A model generated the notes under the pieces. The model worked only from the letters and a program-made list of their open reading frames with translations. It did not search any database and was not told the origin of the DNA. Positions 1-11,671 of a stretch of 64,000 nucleotides of DNA are shown here, piece by piece. Source of the stretch: Camelus dromedarius (taxonomy: Eukaryota); assembly GCF_036321535.1 (NCBI RefSeq), contig NC_087437.1:56484001-56548000 (forward strand), written 5' to 3'. Each line of letters opens with the position of its first letter. Positions within the stretch are counted from its first letter, which is position 1. The translations under genes and the position numbers were made by a program.

Positions 1-99
1 CTAGTCAGTTAAAGCAACGTATTAAAGGAGAGGCAGCTAATGTGAACATGATAAACATGCAGTTTTACAAAAGGAGAGTGGTAGGGACTAAGGCAAGGT

Positions 100-3000
100 G
101 TAGGCTGAACTTTATGAGCACCTGCCAAACTTATTTCCAAAGAAGTCACACCATTTTACACTTTCACTAGCAGTGTATGTAAGTTCCAAGTGCTCTACGT
201 CCTCACCAAGCTTTGGAGTTAACACACTTAAAATTTAGCCGTGCTAGTAGATGGGCTCTAGTATCACATTGTTTTTAATGTGCACTACTCAGATGCTAAT
301 GATGTTGAGCACTTTTTCATGGACTTACTGACCACTAAGTAATGGTTCTTTTTCTGAGATGCCCATTGCAATTTTTGACCCATTTTGCTGTTGGGTTACT
401 TGTTAGTGGTACAGTATATCTCCTACATCTTTTGTCAGATATGACTCATAAACATTTTCACACAGTTTGTGAATGTTTGTTTTGATGAGCGTAATTTTTT
501 AAAGTTTCATGAAATCCATTTAATAAGTTTCTTCTATTATAGCTAGAACTTTCTAGATCTTATATTAACATTCTTTCATTTATAAAGATTCTTCTTTTAT
601 ACTTAGGCTTATGATCCATTTCAAAAAAAATGGTTTTCCATACAGAAACCAGTTGTTCTAACCTCATATTGAAAATTTTCTCCTTTTTTTATTGAATTGT
701 TTTGACAACATGGCCCCCCCCCCAAAAAAAAGACTATGAATGTAGGTCTATTTCTGCATTCCCTTTTCTGTTCTATTCATCTGTTTGTCTATCTTTACTC
801 CAATACTACTTTGTCTTGATTAACAGCTCTAATGTAAGTCATGAAATCAGGGGGTAGGGGATAGCTCAGTGGTAGAGTGCATGCCTAGCATGCATGAGGA
901 CCTGGATTCAGTTCCCAGTACTTCCATTAAACAAACAAACAAATAAACTGAATTACCTCCCCCTATAAAAAGGTTAAAAAAAAAAAAACACATAAAGCAA
1001 GTCATAAAATCAGATACTTTATGTCTGCCCTCTTTTTTTTCTTTTCCAAGATTGATTTGACTCTTTTAGGAACCATATATTTTTTTCATGTGATTTTAGT
1101 ATCAGCTTGTCAATTTCTAACATCAAAGCCTTGCCTGGATTTGATTGAAATTTTAGCAATATTGAGTTTTTAAATCCATTTACATGATATAGCTCTCAAT
1201 TTATTTAAGACTAATTGAATATTCTCAGCAATGCTTCTTTTAGTTTTGAGTATACAGGTCTTGCACACATAGTGTTAAATTCATCCATAAATATTTTGTT
1301 GTTGCTGTTATTATAATGGTATTTTTAAATTTTCATTTTTCCAACTGCTCATTGATAGAAAAGAAACGTGAAATTAAATAATTTATATGTTTTTATTTCA
1401 ATCCTTTGACTTTTTCAAATTCACAAATTAAATGAGTTTTTTTGTTCTTTCCGTGTTTTAGCATTTTCTATACACTTGATCATGTCACCTATAAATAAAC
1501 TGACTTTTACTCCTTCCTTTCCAAACTTCATACTTCTGATTTGTTTTTCTGCTTATTGCATTCTTTTGAACCTCCAGTAGCATGATCAGCAGAAATTATG
1601 AGAACAGCCGTCTTTGCGTTGTTTCCTGTCTTACTTGGCAATCATTCAGTTTTCACATATTGAATATGATGGGTTTTGTAGGTTTTTGTAGATGACCTTT
1701 ATCTGCATGAGTGATTAGTCTTTTGTTTTTGGGTTGCTAAGAGTTTTGTTTTTATAGTGAATATCTGTTGAAGTGCGTCAAATTCTTATCCATCGGAAGA
1801 TCATAACGATCTTTCTCATACTCTGTCAATGTAATGCTTTCCATTGATTTCAAAATGTTGATCCAATCTTTCATTTCTGGGGTAAACCCCCACATCATCA
1901 TGATTTATTATCCTTTTTATAGCTCTGCTTTATCTCTTTGGTTTTCAATTTTTTCTTCTACAGAATTTACAATATTAATGCTGAACTTACCATCATTTGT
2001 CTTGAATTAATTATTGTACATATTTTATGAGAACCTTAAAATGGCGTATTTCCATTTCTTTTTTTCCTTTTTTTGTCTTATTGTTATAATACATTTCAAT
2101 TTTGCATTTAGTATAAATACTTACAATACATTGGTATTATTTTTGCTTTAAGTAAGTATCTTCTAAATACATTAAGACCTGAGAAAAAAAGGTTTGTCTA
2201 TTTATTTGCATATTTTCCATTTCTGGCACTATTCATTCTTGGTAACACTTTAGTCTAAAGAACTATTTAATGTTTCTGATGGTGCACATCTGCTGGTTGA
2301 AAATTCTCTCAACTTTATCTTAATTTGAAAATGTCTTATTTTATATTAATTTTTATATTTCAGCACTTTATTAAGAAAGTTTTCACATACATGGAGTATT
2401 TGAAAGAATTATATAGTGAATAATCATATACCTCGCCTAGATTCCATCATTTTGCTATCTTTGCTTTGTCCAGTACCTATCCATCTATTCATTCCTCTAT
2501 GCATACATTAATGCATGTTATTTTTTGATACCTTTAAAGTAGTTACAGCGTTTTTAATTTTAGGATTTTATTTTTCAGTTTTTGAATTTGTAATTCTCCA
2601 CCAAAATATCTGTATTGATATTTCTTATTTGCTTTTATAATGTTCATGGTCTTTTTTTTTTTTTTTAATTCAACAGGTATATTTATAATGCTCATTTTAA
2701 AATATTTTCCTCCTAATTCCATCATCTTTGTCAATTCTGGTTCTGTTTTTATTGGCTGAATTTTTTTCTCATTATGGATCACTTGGTTTTGCTTTTTTTC
2801 TGCCTAAATTTTTTTAGTCCTATTCTAGACTTGCGGATATTACACTATTGAGTGTCTGAATTTTATGAGCACCTGTTAATTTTTTTTTCTAGCAGGTAGT
2901 TAATATACTTGCATAACAGCTTACCTTTTCTTGAAGCATCTTGCTCACCTTTCTAGAGTGGGTCCAAAGCAGCCTTTTCTCTAAGGCTAGAGTAGATCTA

Positions 3001-3550
3001 TTTTTAAGACATGTCCTCTCCAGGCTCTCTACTTAATACTTGAGGAGATGAATACAATTTCTTCAGTCTGAGTAGTCTTAACTCAGATGTCTCTCAGCCC
3101 TGTGTGTGCTTCTAGAATTGTTCAGTTTCCAGCACTCTAGTAGTCATTTCTTTCCTGGCAGTTTTTCTTTCACTGGTACCTACTCCTTGCCTGCCCTTGT
3201 GAAGTGTCACCCTTATATGCAAAGCTTTGTATTTTTCCAAAGACTTGTGAATTTCTAGCACTCTTTGTCTATACAGTTTTCTTCTCTCCAATACCCAGGC
3301 CTATAAATTCAATAGTCCTGAACTCTATTTTCAGTCTCCTCCTCTCAGTGTGAGTACTGTGCTTCTTCCGGTTTTCCCCTTCCTGTGCCATCGTTCCAAA
3401 AGTGCCTTTAGGCAAAAAGCCAGGGTAATTGTGAGATTACCTTTTTTGTGTTCTTCCTCTCATAGATCACATTCCTGCATAACCAGTTGTCCAAACTTGA
3501 AAAACTATTATTTTAGATGTTATGGAGAGAAGGCTGCCCAGTTCAATTAC
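100..3550 (-). mobile_element. Old, fragmented L1 (L1M-type) segments in the intron upstream of the TM exon
   Basis: T-rich antisense L1 texture (e.g. gatgttgagcactttttcat, tttatctctttggttttca). The minus-strand ORF 2543-2782 (ELTKMMELGGKYFKMSIINI) resembles a decayed L1M ORF1. Confidence 0.75.
851..998 (+). mobile_element. tRNA-derived SINE, camelid Vic-1-like, nested in L1
   Basis: Pol III A box TAGCTCAGTGG (862-872), B-box-like GGATTCAGTTCC (904-915) and an A-rich tail. TSD AAGTCATGAAATCAG (836-850) / AAGTCATAAAATCAG (999-1013), 14/15 identical. Confidence 0.9.
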
Positions 3551-5189
3551 TGCTCTAAGGCCAGACGCTGAAGCCCAAAATGCACAAGCTTTAACACAGT
3601 AAGACAGCCAAACAAATCACATCTGCAGGTCAATTCTGTCACGGGTCTCTGATTTACTACCATTTAAACAAAGCATCCTCTTTGTCTGTGATTCAGGAAA
3701 ATGGTCAATATCACAGTAGTGAAAATTGTCAAGAAGTCCCAACAACTTAACAAAAAATAGTCATAGGTTCTGTGGCAGAGAATACTTGGAAATTAAAGCA
3801 GCTGGTATTTGGTTGAGAGTCAGTGGATAGCAAGGCTCCCACTACAGTGATGAAGATGAAGAGCGTAACTTAAGTTTTCAAGGAGAAACACAGCTGTAGA
3901 CCAGTAACTTAACACAGGGAAAAAGCCTAGAGCTAAGGTCTTGGACTGGTTTAACCAAGGGTGGTTAGCTGGAATTTTGGGGCTTTGAAGCCAGTCATTA
4001 CTGTAGAATTTCAAAAGAGCTGTAGGGAATTCTAATTCAGGGAGTAACACCAGAGCAAGTGGCTAAATTTAACTCCATCCTGAATCAGATTATCAGTGAG
4101 ATCCAAGATAGAAGCAGTTTAGGAGTCCAGTTTTGTCAAACTACATCACCCCTTTCTGATTGGAAGCCCTTTGGTCTGGGATTGCATCAGAGTACAATCT
4201 TTATGCCAAAATATCTGAGGTTCAAGGTAGGGCAGACAGAAAGTGTGGGGTGAGGGCCACGCTTCCCCTGCATGCCAGCAAAGCTGAATGAGAGCACCTC
4301 CTGCATATGATTCAATCTATTTAGAAATTCAGGCTTGTGGATTATTAATCTTAAGAGTTCAGTTAGTTAAATAGCATTAGGGACTTCTTGCTATCATTAT
4401 GAAGATGGCCCAACAAAATACAATCTGTATATGACACAAGTAAGTGTATGACACAAACAAAATTATAAAGCCCCACTAGAAATAAAATAGCCAGTAGTAA
4501 AATGAATGTGGCAGAGGGAAAGTTATGAGTGCAACTGATCTCTTGATAATTAAGCAAAGTTAACTATTGATATTTTAAAAAAATCCATTTCAGGTAAGTG
4601 CATCCACTGATCTCTTTTTTTTTCCTCCCTGTTACAAAATGTTCCCCCAGAGGGACCAACATAACTGAGCGAATCATGAAGATGACAGTGGGAATTACCC
4701 CACTGTGTTGTTAACATAGCATGTACTCGGAAATACCAAGGACACAGCAATTTTCATGCCAGCTACTCACATTGATCTCAGTAAATTCTCATCAACTGCA
4801 CTTACATAGCTTCTGGCATCTTATGATGGGAGTTTTCTTATTTTCAAAAACCGCTGTTCACAGGACAAGTAAAAGAGTACCTGGTAATAATTCTGCGCTG
4901 CTGAGTCCCGGTCTAACTCTGCAGCAGGATTAGTGTCCTGAGTGTAGGATAATGAACTCGAAGCACAATGATTTTGTCTTTAATTAGAGAACTTCAGGGT
5001 CTGCTCCAGGCTGCTTACCATTTTCCCCTTAGGATAGCTATCTGTTTTAAAGGGATTTCTCCACTCGTATGGGATCAATAATTGAACTTCATGGTAGTAT
5101 TGTGCAAAGATCTCTGAACTTTGGAGTCGGGGAGCCTCGATAACAATCTCATCTTTGAAGGAAATTATTCTATGCCTTATCTCGGCAAA

Positions 5190-5470
5190 CACTTACCCCT
5201 TGCAATGTTCAAGTGTTCAAAGAGGCCTTTTCTCACCACCCTACCTGACACAACTCTCCTCCTTCAACCCCTCCCCTCAGTCGCCTCCATCACATTATTT
5301 TCTTTATAGCACTGATCACTCTGTAAAGTTAACTTACTTATTTACTTTCTTATTCACTTCCTTTCATTAGAATATTAGCTCTAAGGGGGCAGAGACCATT
5401 TCTGTCTTACCTACCATTATAACCTCGACAGCTTCTAGCAAGTAGTAGATGTCAATGAGTAATTGTCCAA
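5190..5470 (+). mobile_element. L2 3' end fragment
   Basis: gaggccttttctcaccaccctacc ... ttagaatattagctctaagggggcagagaccatttctgtctt, typical of the L2 3' region. Confidence 0.6.
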
Positions 5471-6521
5471 TCAACTGATAGTTTTAGCCACTCTTGCTTC
5501 AGATCCAGTAAACATTTTGTTCCTTTTTCAAACTCATAAGTTTCAGTATCACAAGCTGATAAATCAGCCAAATGAAGTTACTAATACATTAGTATTACTA
5601 GATTTATTTTAAATATCCCTGAAGTGTCCAGGGTTATATCCAGAAATGTCCATTCAGATCCTAGAAGTTCTAAGGATAGGATGGGCGAAGCAGTCTCTAC
5701 CTGGAAGACTAAATGCACAGTTGAATGGGGAGTGAGAGCGGAGAAGCAGGCTTACAGACAAACTACAACATGATAAGAATGTTGTAGAAGAATTATAAAC
5801 AAAAGGAAGTGGGAATTTCTGTCAGTCAGATGTCATGTTGCAGGGAAAGTGTATTCCAAGGAAGCTCATAAAAATAGTAACATTTGATCACGATCTTAAA
5901 AACTGAAGAATAAGCAAGGACTATACCAGCCAGAAGTCTCAGCATGAGCAAAGGCACAAAGTTAGATCCTCTTGATGTTTCTGAGGAAAGGACAGTGGCC
6001 AATGAGGCAGGTCGTTGGTGGTTTGATTGTGACAGACCTAGTTTACAGAGTTAATATCTAGTTTTTACATAATTGATAATTACCTCACTTGACTTGATAA
6101 TTTCAAATAAATGGATAAGGGGCTTACCACAAAAAAATAAGCAGATATTGTGGAAATCTGTCCATATCTGGCTATTACAAGTCAGCCTTTAGAATTTGTA
6201 GACCTTAGAGAATCTTCAAACAATACTCAACATTTGGTGGATATCCTCATTTTCTGCTCAATAATAATATTTTTGAGGCCAATTGGCAAATATAAAGAAA
6301 AGGGAATTAAATTTCTCCGTATGGTGCTGGACAAGAGGAAGAAATTAAGACTGATGGAATCACATAAAAATTTTGGCTCCATCTTAACTTCTCCAACAAT
6401 TAAAATTCTACAAATAGCATAAGCTGGTCCAGGTAAGAGATAGACAAATGGAGTTAACACATTTCAAAAATATTTTTGAAGGGATTCAGGTATCAGACTG
6501 TAAGTTGAATTGGATGACCTT

Positions 6522-6937
6522 TTTTTTTTTAACTTTTTTAATGATTTATAATCATTTTACAATGTTGTGTCAAATTCCAGTGTAGAGCACAATTTTTCAG
6601 TTATACATGAACATATATATATTCATTGTCACATTTTTTTCTCTGTGAGCTACCATAAGATCTTGTATATATTTCCCTGTGCTATACAGTATAATCTTGT
6701 TTATCTATTCTACAATTTTGAAATCCCAGTCTATCCCTTCCCACCCTCTGCCCCTTTGGCAACCACAAGTTTGTATTCTATGTCTATGAGTCTATTTCTG
6801 TTTTGTATTTATGCCTTGTTTGTTTGTTTGTTTGTTTAGATTCCACATGTGAGCGATCTCATATGGTATTTTTCTTTCTCTTTCTGGCTTACTTCACTTA
6901 GAATGACATTCTCCAGGAGCATCCATGTTGCTGCAAA
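6522..6937 (-). mobile_element. Young 5'-truncated L1 (3' tail), lineage-specific
   Basis: Poly-T at the left end and an L1 3'UTR antisense signature (ctggcttacttcacttagaatgac...atccatgttgctgcaaa). Perfect TSD GGATGACCTT at 6512-6521 and 6938-6947. Confidence 0.9.
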
Positions 6938-7224
6938 GGATGACCTTATAAATCCTTTACCATGCTAATATTTTGTTTTAATTTGTATATCATCAAAGTC
7001 TATTCAAATCACCTAATAGTTAAAAATACCTTCTGCGCCAGTTTCTGGAAACAAAAAGATAAATTTGCCACAGTCTAGCATTAAAATGTAGTGCTTAACC
7101 CCTACTATGTTATCTCTGCTTGTTCACACATAGAAGTCAGGTTCACAGCTATTTGCAGGGTAATGGGTCACCGTGATCACTGCATGGAAATCAGTTGTTT
7201 CTTTGTTGTTTACTCCAATGATAG

Positions 7225-7368
7225 CTCCAAGATACACAGTGGAACTGGCGTGTGGTTTTGGAGCCACGGTCCTATTGGTAGTGATTCTCATTGTGGTTTA
7301 CCATGTGTACTGGCTGGAGATGGTCCTGTTTTACCGGGCTCATTTTGGAACGGATGAAACTATTTTAG
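7225..7368 (+). CDS. IL1RAP: IL1RAP transmembrane-domain exon (equivalent to human exon 10), phase 1/1
   Basis: Translates as (A)PRYTVELACGFGATVLLVVILIVVYHVYWLEMVLFYRAHFGTDETIL, the IL1RAP TM/juxtamembrane segment. Pyrimidine tract ~7195-7216, TAG acceptor 7222-7224, donor G|GTGAGT at 7369. The start could be 7219 if 7218 is a sequence error (see findings). Confidence 0.95.
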
Positions 7369-7551
7369 GTGAGTAATGCAAGTTTGATGTAAATCTCTTC
7401 TACTGTCATCTTTAGAAAACACGTTGGCTTAATGAAACCTAGATTAACTGGAAGATTTAATTAGATGACCTTTGGTTTTAGCCATTACTATTGAAAAGCA
7501 TTCTAATGCATATTATTCTGCTTTCTTGGGTCAATATGTGATTTAGTCTAT

Positions 7552-7876
7552 TCTAGTTCTATTCATATAGAAATACAATGCAAGCCACATATGTAATTTT
7601 AAATTTTCTAGTGGTTACATAAGGAAAAGCAAAAAGGAAGTGAAGATCATTTTAATAATATATCTTATTTAATTCAATATATAAAAATACTATTATTTTA
7701 GCTTGTAATTAATAATTTAATAGAGATATTTTAGGCTTATTGTTGGTACTAAAAATTATTCAAAATTCAGTATATATTACATTTCGTACTTATAGTGTAT
7801 CTCAGTTCAGACCAGCTGCATTTCAAGTGCTCAGTAGCCGCTCGTGGTCTGTGGCTAATGTACTGGCCGGTGCAGG
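7552..7876. mobile_element. hAT-Charlie non-autonomous DNA transposon (MER33/MER3-like)
   Basis: atgcaagccacatatgtaattttaaattttctagtgg ... catttcaagtgctcagtagcc...gtggcta..gtactgg signature, ~325 bp. Confidence 0.7.
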
Positions 7877-7879
7877 GCC

Positions 7880-8190
7880 ACACCCTGTACTCACAGGTGG
7901 TCCATGTACCAGAAACATCATATGGGAGCTTATTAAAGGAGAATCTGAAGCCTAACTCCTATCAGAAGCTACATTTTAACAATATTCCCAAGTGATCCTT
8001 GTGCACATTGAACTTTAAGAAGCAATATTCTAGTGTATATGTGCCTGGTGACAAGAATGAAACATTGAAACATACAGTTTCTTACATGCATCCCATAATG
8101 ATTCTCACTGAGCAGGTTTGTGGAAGAGACACAGAACCTGTATTCTTAATGAGAGGTGATTTTTATAGTTAGACAACTTTGGGAAAGATT
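7880..8190. mobile_element. MER5-like hAT fragments
   Basis: tgggagcttattaaa...cattttaacaatattcccaagtgatccttgtgcacattgaactttaagaagca, plus an adjacent similar unit. Confidence 0.55.
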
Positions 8191-8670
8191 GGTTTATTGA
8201 ATCTAAGTGTATTTTATATTGTAGATGTTTTTAGGTATAAATAATTTAGACAGTTTCTCAAGGTTTTGCTCAATTTATAATTCTAATATCTACACACGAG
8301 GACAGGAACTAGAAATTTTCTGCAAGATATTATGACTATGATTGACTAACTATTTGCTTCCCGATTGTATTAATTCATAGTTGAATGAGCCAAACCTCAC
8401 TCATCCTCCACTACAAAATCTGAGCTCGGTGACATGAGAACAAAAACACCTCAGATAAACATTGTGATTGCACCTTAAAATAGTCATTTTGCCTGGAGAT
8501 CTGTCACTAGTGGGAAATCACACTGAAATCTGTCAGCTAATTCATATATGTAAAAAATGAAAATGTCTAATATTCAAGAGTTAGATTTAAGGGAAAATGC
8601 AATACTATTGAGAAACATTCCTAATTTATATTGGGTCTGTGTTTTGTGGTTTTGGTTTTTGTTTTGCTAG

Positions 8671-8814
8671 ATGGGAAGGAATATGATATTTATGTGTCCT
8701 ATGCAAGGAATGCTGAAGAAGAAGAATTTGTATTACTGACCCTCCGTGGAGTTTTGGAGAATGAATTTGGATACAAGCTGTGCATCTTTGACCGAGACAG
8801 TCTGCCTGGGGGAA
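8671..8814 (+). CDS. IL1RAP: IL1RAP TIR exon 1 (box 1 / BB loop; equivalent to human exon 11), 144 nt, phase 1/1
   Basis: T-rich tract then CTAG at 8667-8670. Translates as (D)[47 protein letters not shown]. Donor A|GTAGGT at 8815. In frame with the flanking exons. Confidence 0.98.
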
Positions 8815-11303
8815 GTAGGTATTATTAGATGAGGACAAGTGATGCTACCCTGAAAGCCAGAGGAGATTCTTAGCTTTGGGTCACATATGAGAGTCATGGC
8901 TCTGCTTTATGTTGGCATCTTTGGACATTTGTCCAGTTCTTTGATGCAACAGACAGAGACTCTCTAGGAATAAATCTACATTGTAAGATGCAGACTATTC
9001 AACTGCAGTTTATGGTATTAAAATATGTTCCCTTGTAAGCTTTTAAAAACTCGATGTTATAAAACTGTAGATTCACAGTGGATTAGAGCTCTGTTAAATG
9101 CTATAGCTTTAAGCATCCTTTTTGACTCACATTTAGATTTTTAGAACGTTTAGCTTATCTGCATTAATTTGCCTACAATATTTTACAAAGACTGGGTTGA
9201 AACAAAACACTTTTTATAAAGACTCAGGTTTACTCAGTTTTACTGAAAATGAGATGTAGAAGAGAATGCATGGAATCCTTTTTTAATATTACTTACTGGT
9301 AATAATTAGAATATTTCCCTTTGGCATTTCCTAATTTCCTTTTCTTCACTTTTGTTTTCTAGCAAACCAGTGCTACTCAAATTCCCTCTTTGCTTGAATC
9401 TATCCTTCCTTTCTATCAGCTTATATATTTGAGATAAGTTTAAAATTTTACAAAGGCCAGTATACTCTAATAGTTTAAAATGAATATTGAATTGCTAAAT
9501 GTTTTAAAATAAAAGTACACCTCTATTTTTCAGGTCCACACAGTAACACCTAAAATGATCGTGAATATTGAATCTGTTTTATAAATACATAATAGCACTT
9601 TTAAACCCATTGTTAAATTCCGTACAGTTAAAATACGTGTAATGTCTCTAATATTCACAAGGAACTAATTTATTTTCTTCCTCTAAAATCCCGTTTAAAT
9701 TAATCGCTTAATTTTTTTTTGAATGTTATATTGAGAATTGAGATAGTTAATGTCGATTCTTTGAATTAACTGGATCACTTTATGTCCCCATGCATCACCA
9801 AAAATCCATCATGCTTATGTTCTACAAAGGAAATCTTCAGGATGATTTTGCCAGAAAAATGATGATTTGACTATACAGTTGAAGGCTAAATTCATTTTAT
9901 GACTTAATATCCTAAATGATTTATTCATCCATTTAGTCATTCATTCAGCCATTCAACAAATATTGATCTACTATGTGAAAAGTTATATAAAGATATACAG
10001 TATAACAGCAGTAGAGGTTGATAGCTCTTTGAAGAATTATAGTTCTACATAATCACTCTTGCATCTTGCTTCTGATGGTCGATCCTTGTGATCTTTTGGA
10101 TTCTCCCTACTGCTCTCACTCAGTCCTCTTTGCCTCTGGGTCTCTTTCCCTGCTTACACATGATCAACCTCCAGCAACACTGCTTGGAGTAGACAATTAC
10201 TTATTCCTGGATTCAACTCCAGACTGCACATGCTGTTTTAATTGCAAGTCTTTCCCCACTGCCTCTACACCTGTGAAGATTAAGAGGCAAAATGACCACC
10301 TAGGGGTAGGCCATGAAGTAGCTTTCCACAACGCTAGTGCCTTCCCTGGAGCTGGCTTCTCTCTGACCCCCAGGTGAAGGATTATACAGTCCTTGATGAG
10401 CAACCTCAAGGAGATGGATTATCCCCAAGAATTTACTGACAGGAACTAATCAGAGCCCTTGACAATAGCATAAAATTACACTGCATTTCCATTTTCCTTG
10501 TGTTTTTTTTCTTCTTATTTTTGACCTGAAGAAAGCATTTGCTTGTTAGCGAAGGCACACACATCAGCTAGCAGCTGCCGAAACACATGGCTTCACAGTA
10601 ATGGTAGGAGTTTAAGGAGAAAGATCCAGGGACTAATTTAGGCTCCAGAGGAGAGAGCAGAATAGAAAGCTGAGCTGCGATTGTGATGCCAGCCAAAATG
10701 CCATTCAATTGGCTAAATTTTCTAAAGTTCCTGTTCCAATGAAATAGTGATACTAGTCTGGGTTTAGGGAGTGTCTGGCAATACAGGGGGACTTTCAGAA
10801 AATGAAGGGTCTTACTCTTGTGGTTCTGTGTTAATGGAGAATGAATTTCTATGACTTTGACTCTATAATGTTTATATTTTTGAATGTTCACTAGCCATAG
10901 AGAGTTGATATATGGGTATTTTTGGAGAGAAAGGGCCCAGGAGCTGATTTTGCTGGGTCACAACATGCCACATAGTTTGAAGAAATTGATTTCAGTACAA
11001 CCCATTTATTCTTCATGTCCCAAATAATGCTTTTGAAGATCAAGGTCATAGAAATACATTTTGGCTTTATGGCTGTTTGGAATTCTTTGTGGGTTGGAAT
11101 ATGTGCATATAGTTTCTCTTCTCCCTGAAGAGAGTGGCATTTTGTGAACAGAGTGATCGGGTCGAAGGATTAAGTGTTCTTGGTGAAAACTTTCACCTCC
11201 ATCCTCAGGCTGCTACCCTAATTTCCTTTCACTTGCTGCTCAAGCCACATACTTTTGGGGAGTTCCTGGCCGACATTAATCCCCATGGTGTTTTCTTTCC
11301 CAG

Positions 11304-11671
11304 TTGTCACAGATGAGACCTTGAGCTTCATTCAGAAAAGCAGACGCCTCCTGGTTGTCCTAAGCCCCAACTACGTGCTCCAGGGAACCCAAGCCCTCCT
11401 GGAGCTCAAGGCTGGCCTAGAAAACATGGCCTCTCGGGGCAACATCAACGTCATTTTAGTACAGTACAAGGCTGTGAAGGAGATGAAGGTGAAGGAGCTG
11501 AAGAGGGCTAAGACGGTGCTCACGGTCATTAAATGGAAAGGGGAGAAATCAAAGTATCCGCAGGGCAGGTTCTGGAAGCAGCTGCAGGTGGCCATGCCAG
11601 TGAAGAAAAGCTCCAGGTGGTCTAGAAGTGGCGAGCAGGGTCTCTCCTATTCATCCTTGAAAAATGTATGA
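11304..11671 (+). CDS. IL1RAP: IL1RAP canonical terminal exon 12, coding part (membrane AcP; C-terminal half of TIR)
   Basis: Acceptor ttttctttcccag at 11291-11303. Junction A|TT gives I-VTDETLSFIQKSRRLLVVLSPNYV...RFWKQLQVAMPVKK...YSSLKNV, stop TGA 11669-11671. Confidence 0.98.

Noticed and set aside
851..925. tRNA gene
   Set aside because: The tRNA-like head is followed by a SINE body, an A tail and a TSD, and the B box is degenerate.
9915..9965. Dense YCAY/TCAT cluster in intron 11
   Set aside because: Best explained as an antisense L2 tail (TTCA repeats) far from any splice site.
11255..11303. N-terminal extensions and start codons given by the ORF track for IL1RAP exons (also 7173, 8631, 18487)
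   Set aside because: These are TTG/GTG starts called by a prokaryote-style ORF finder. The true boundaries are splice sites.
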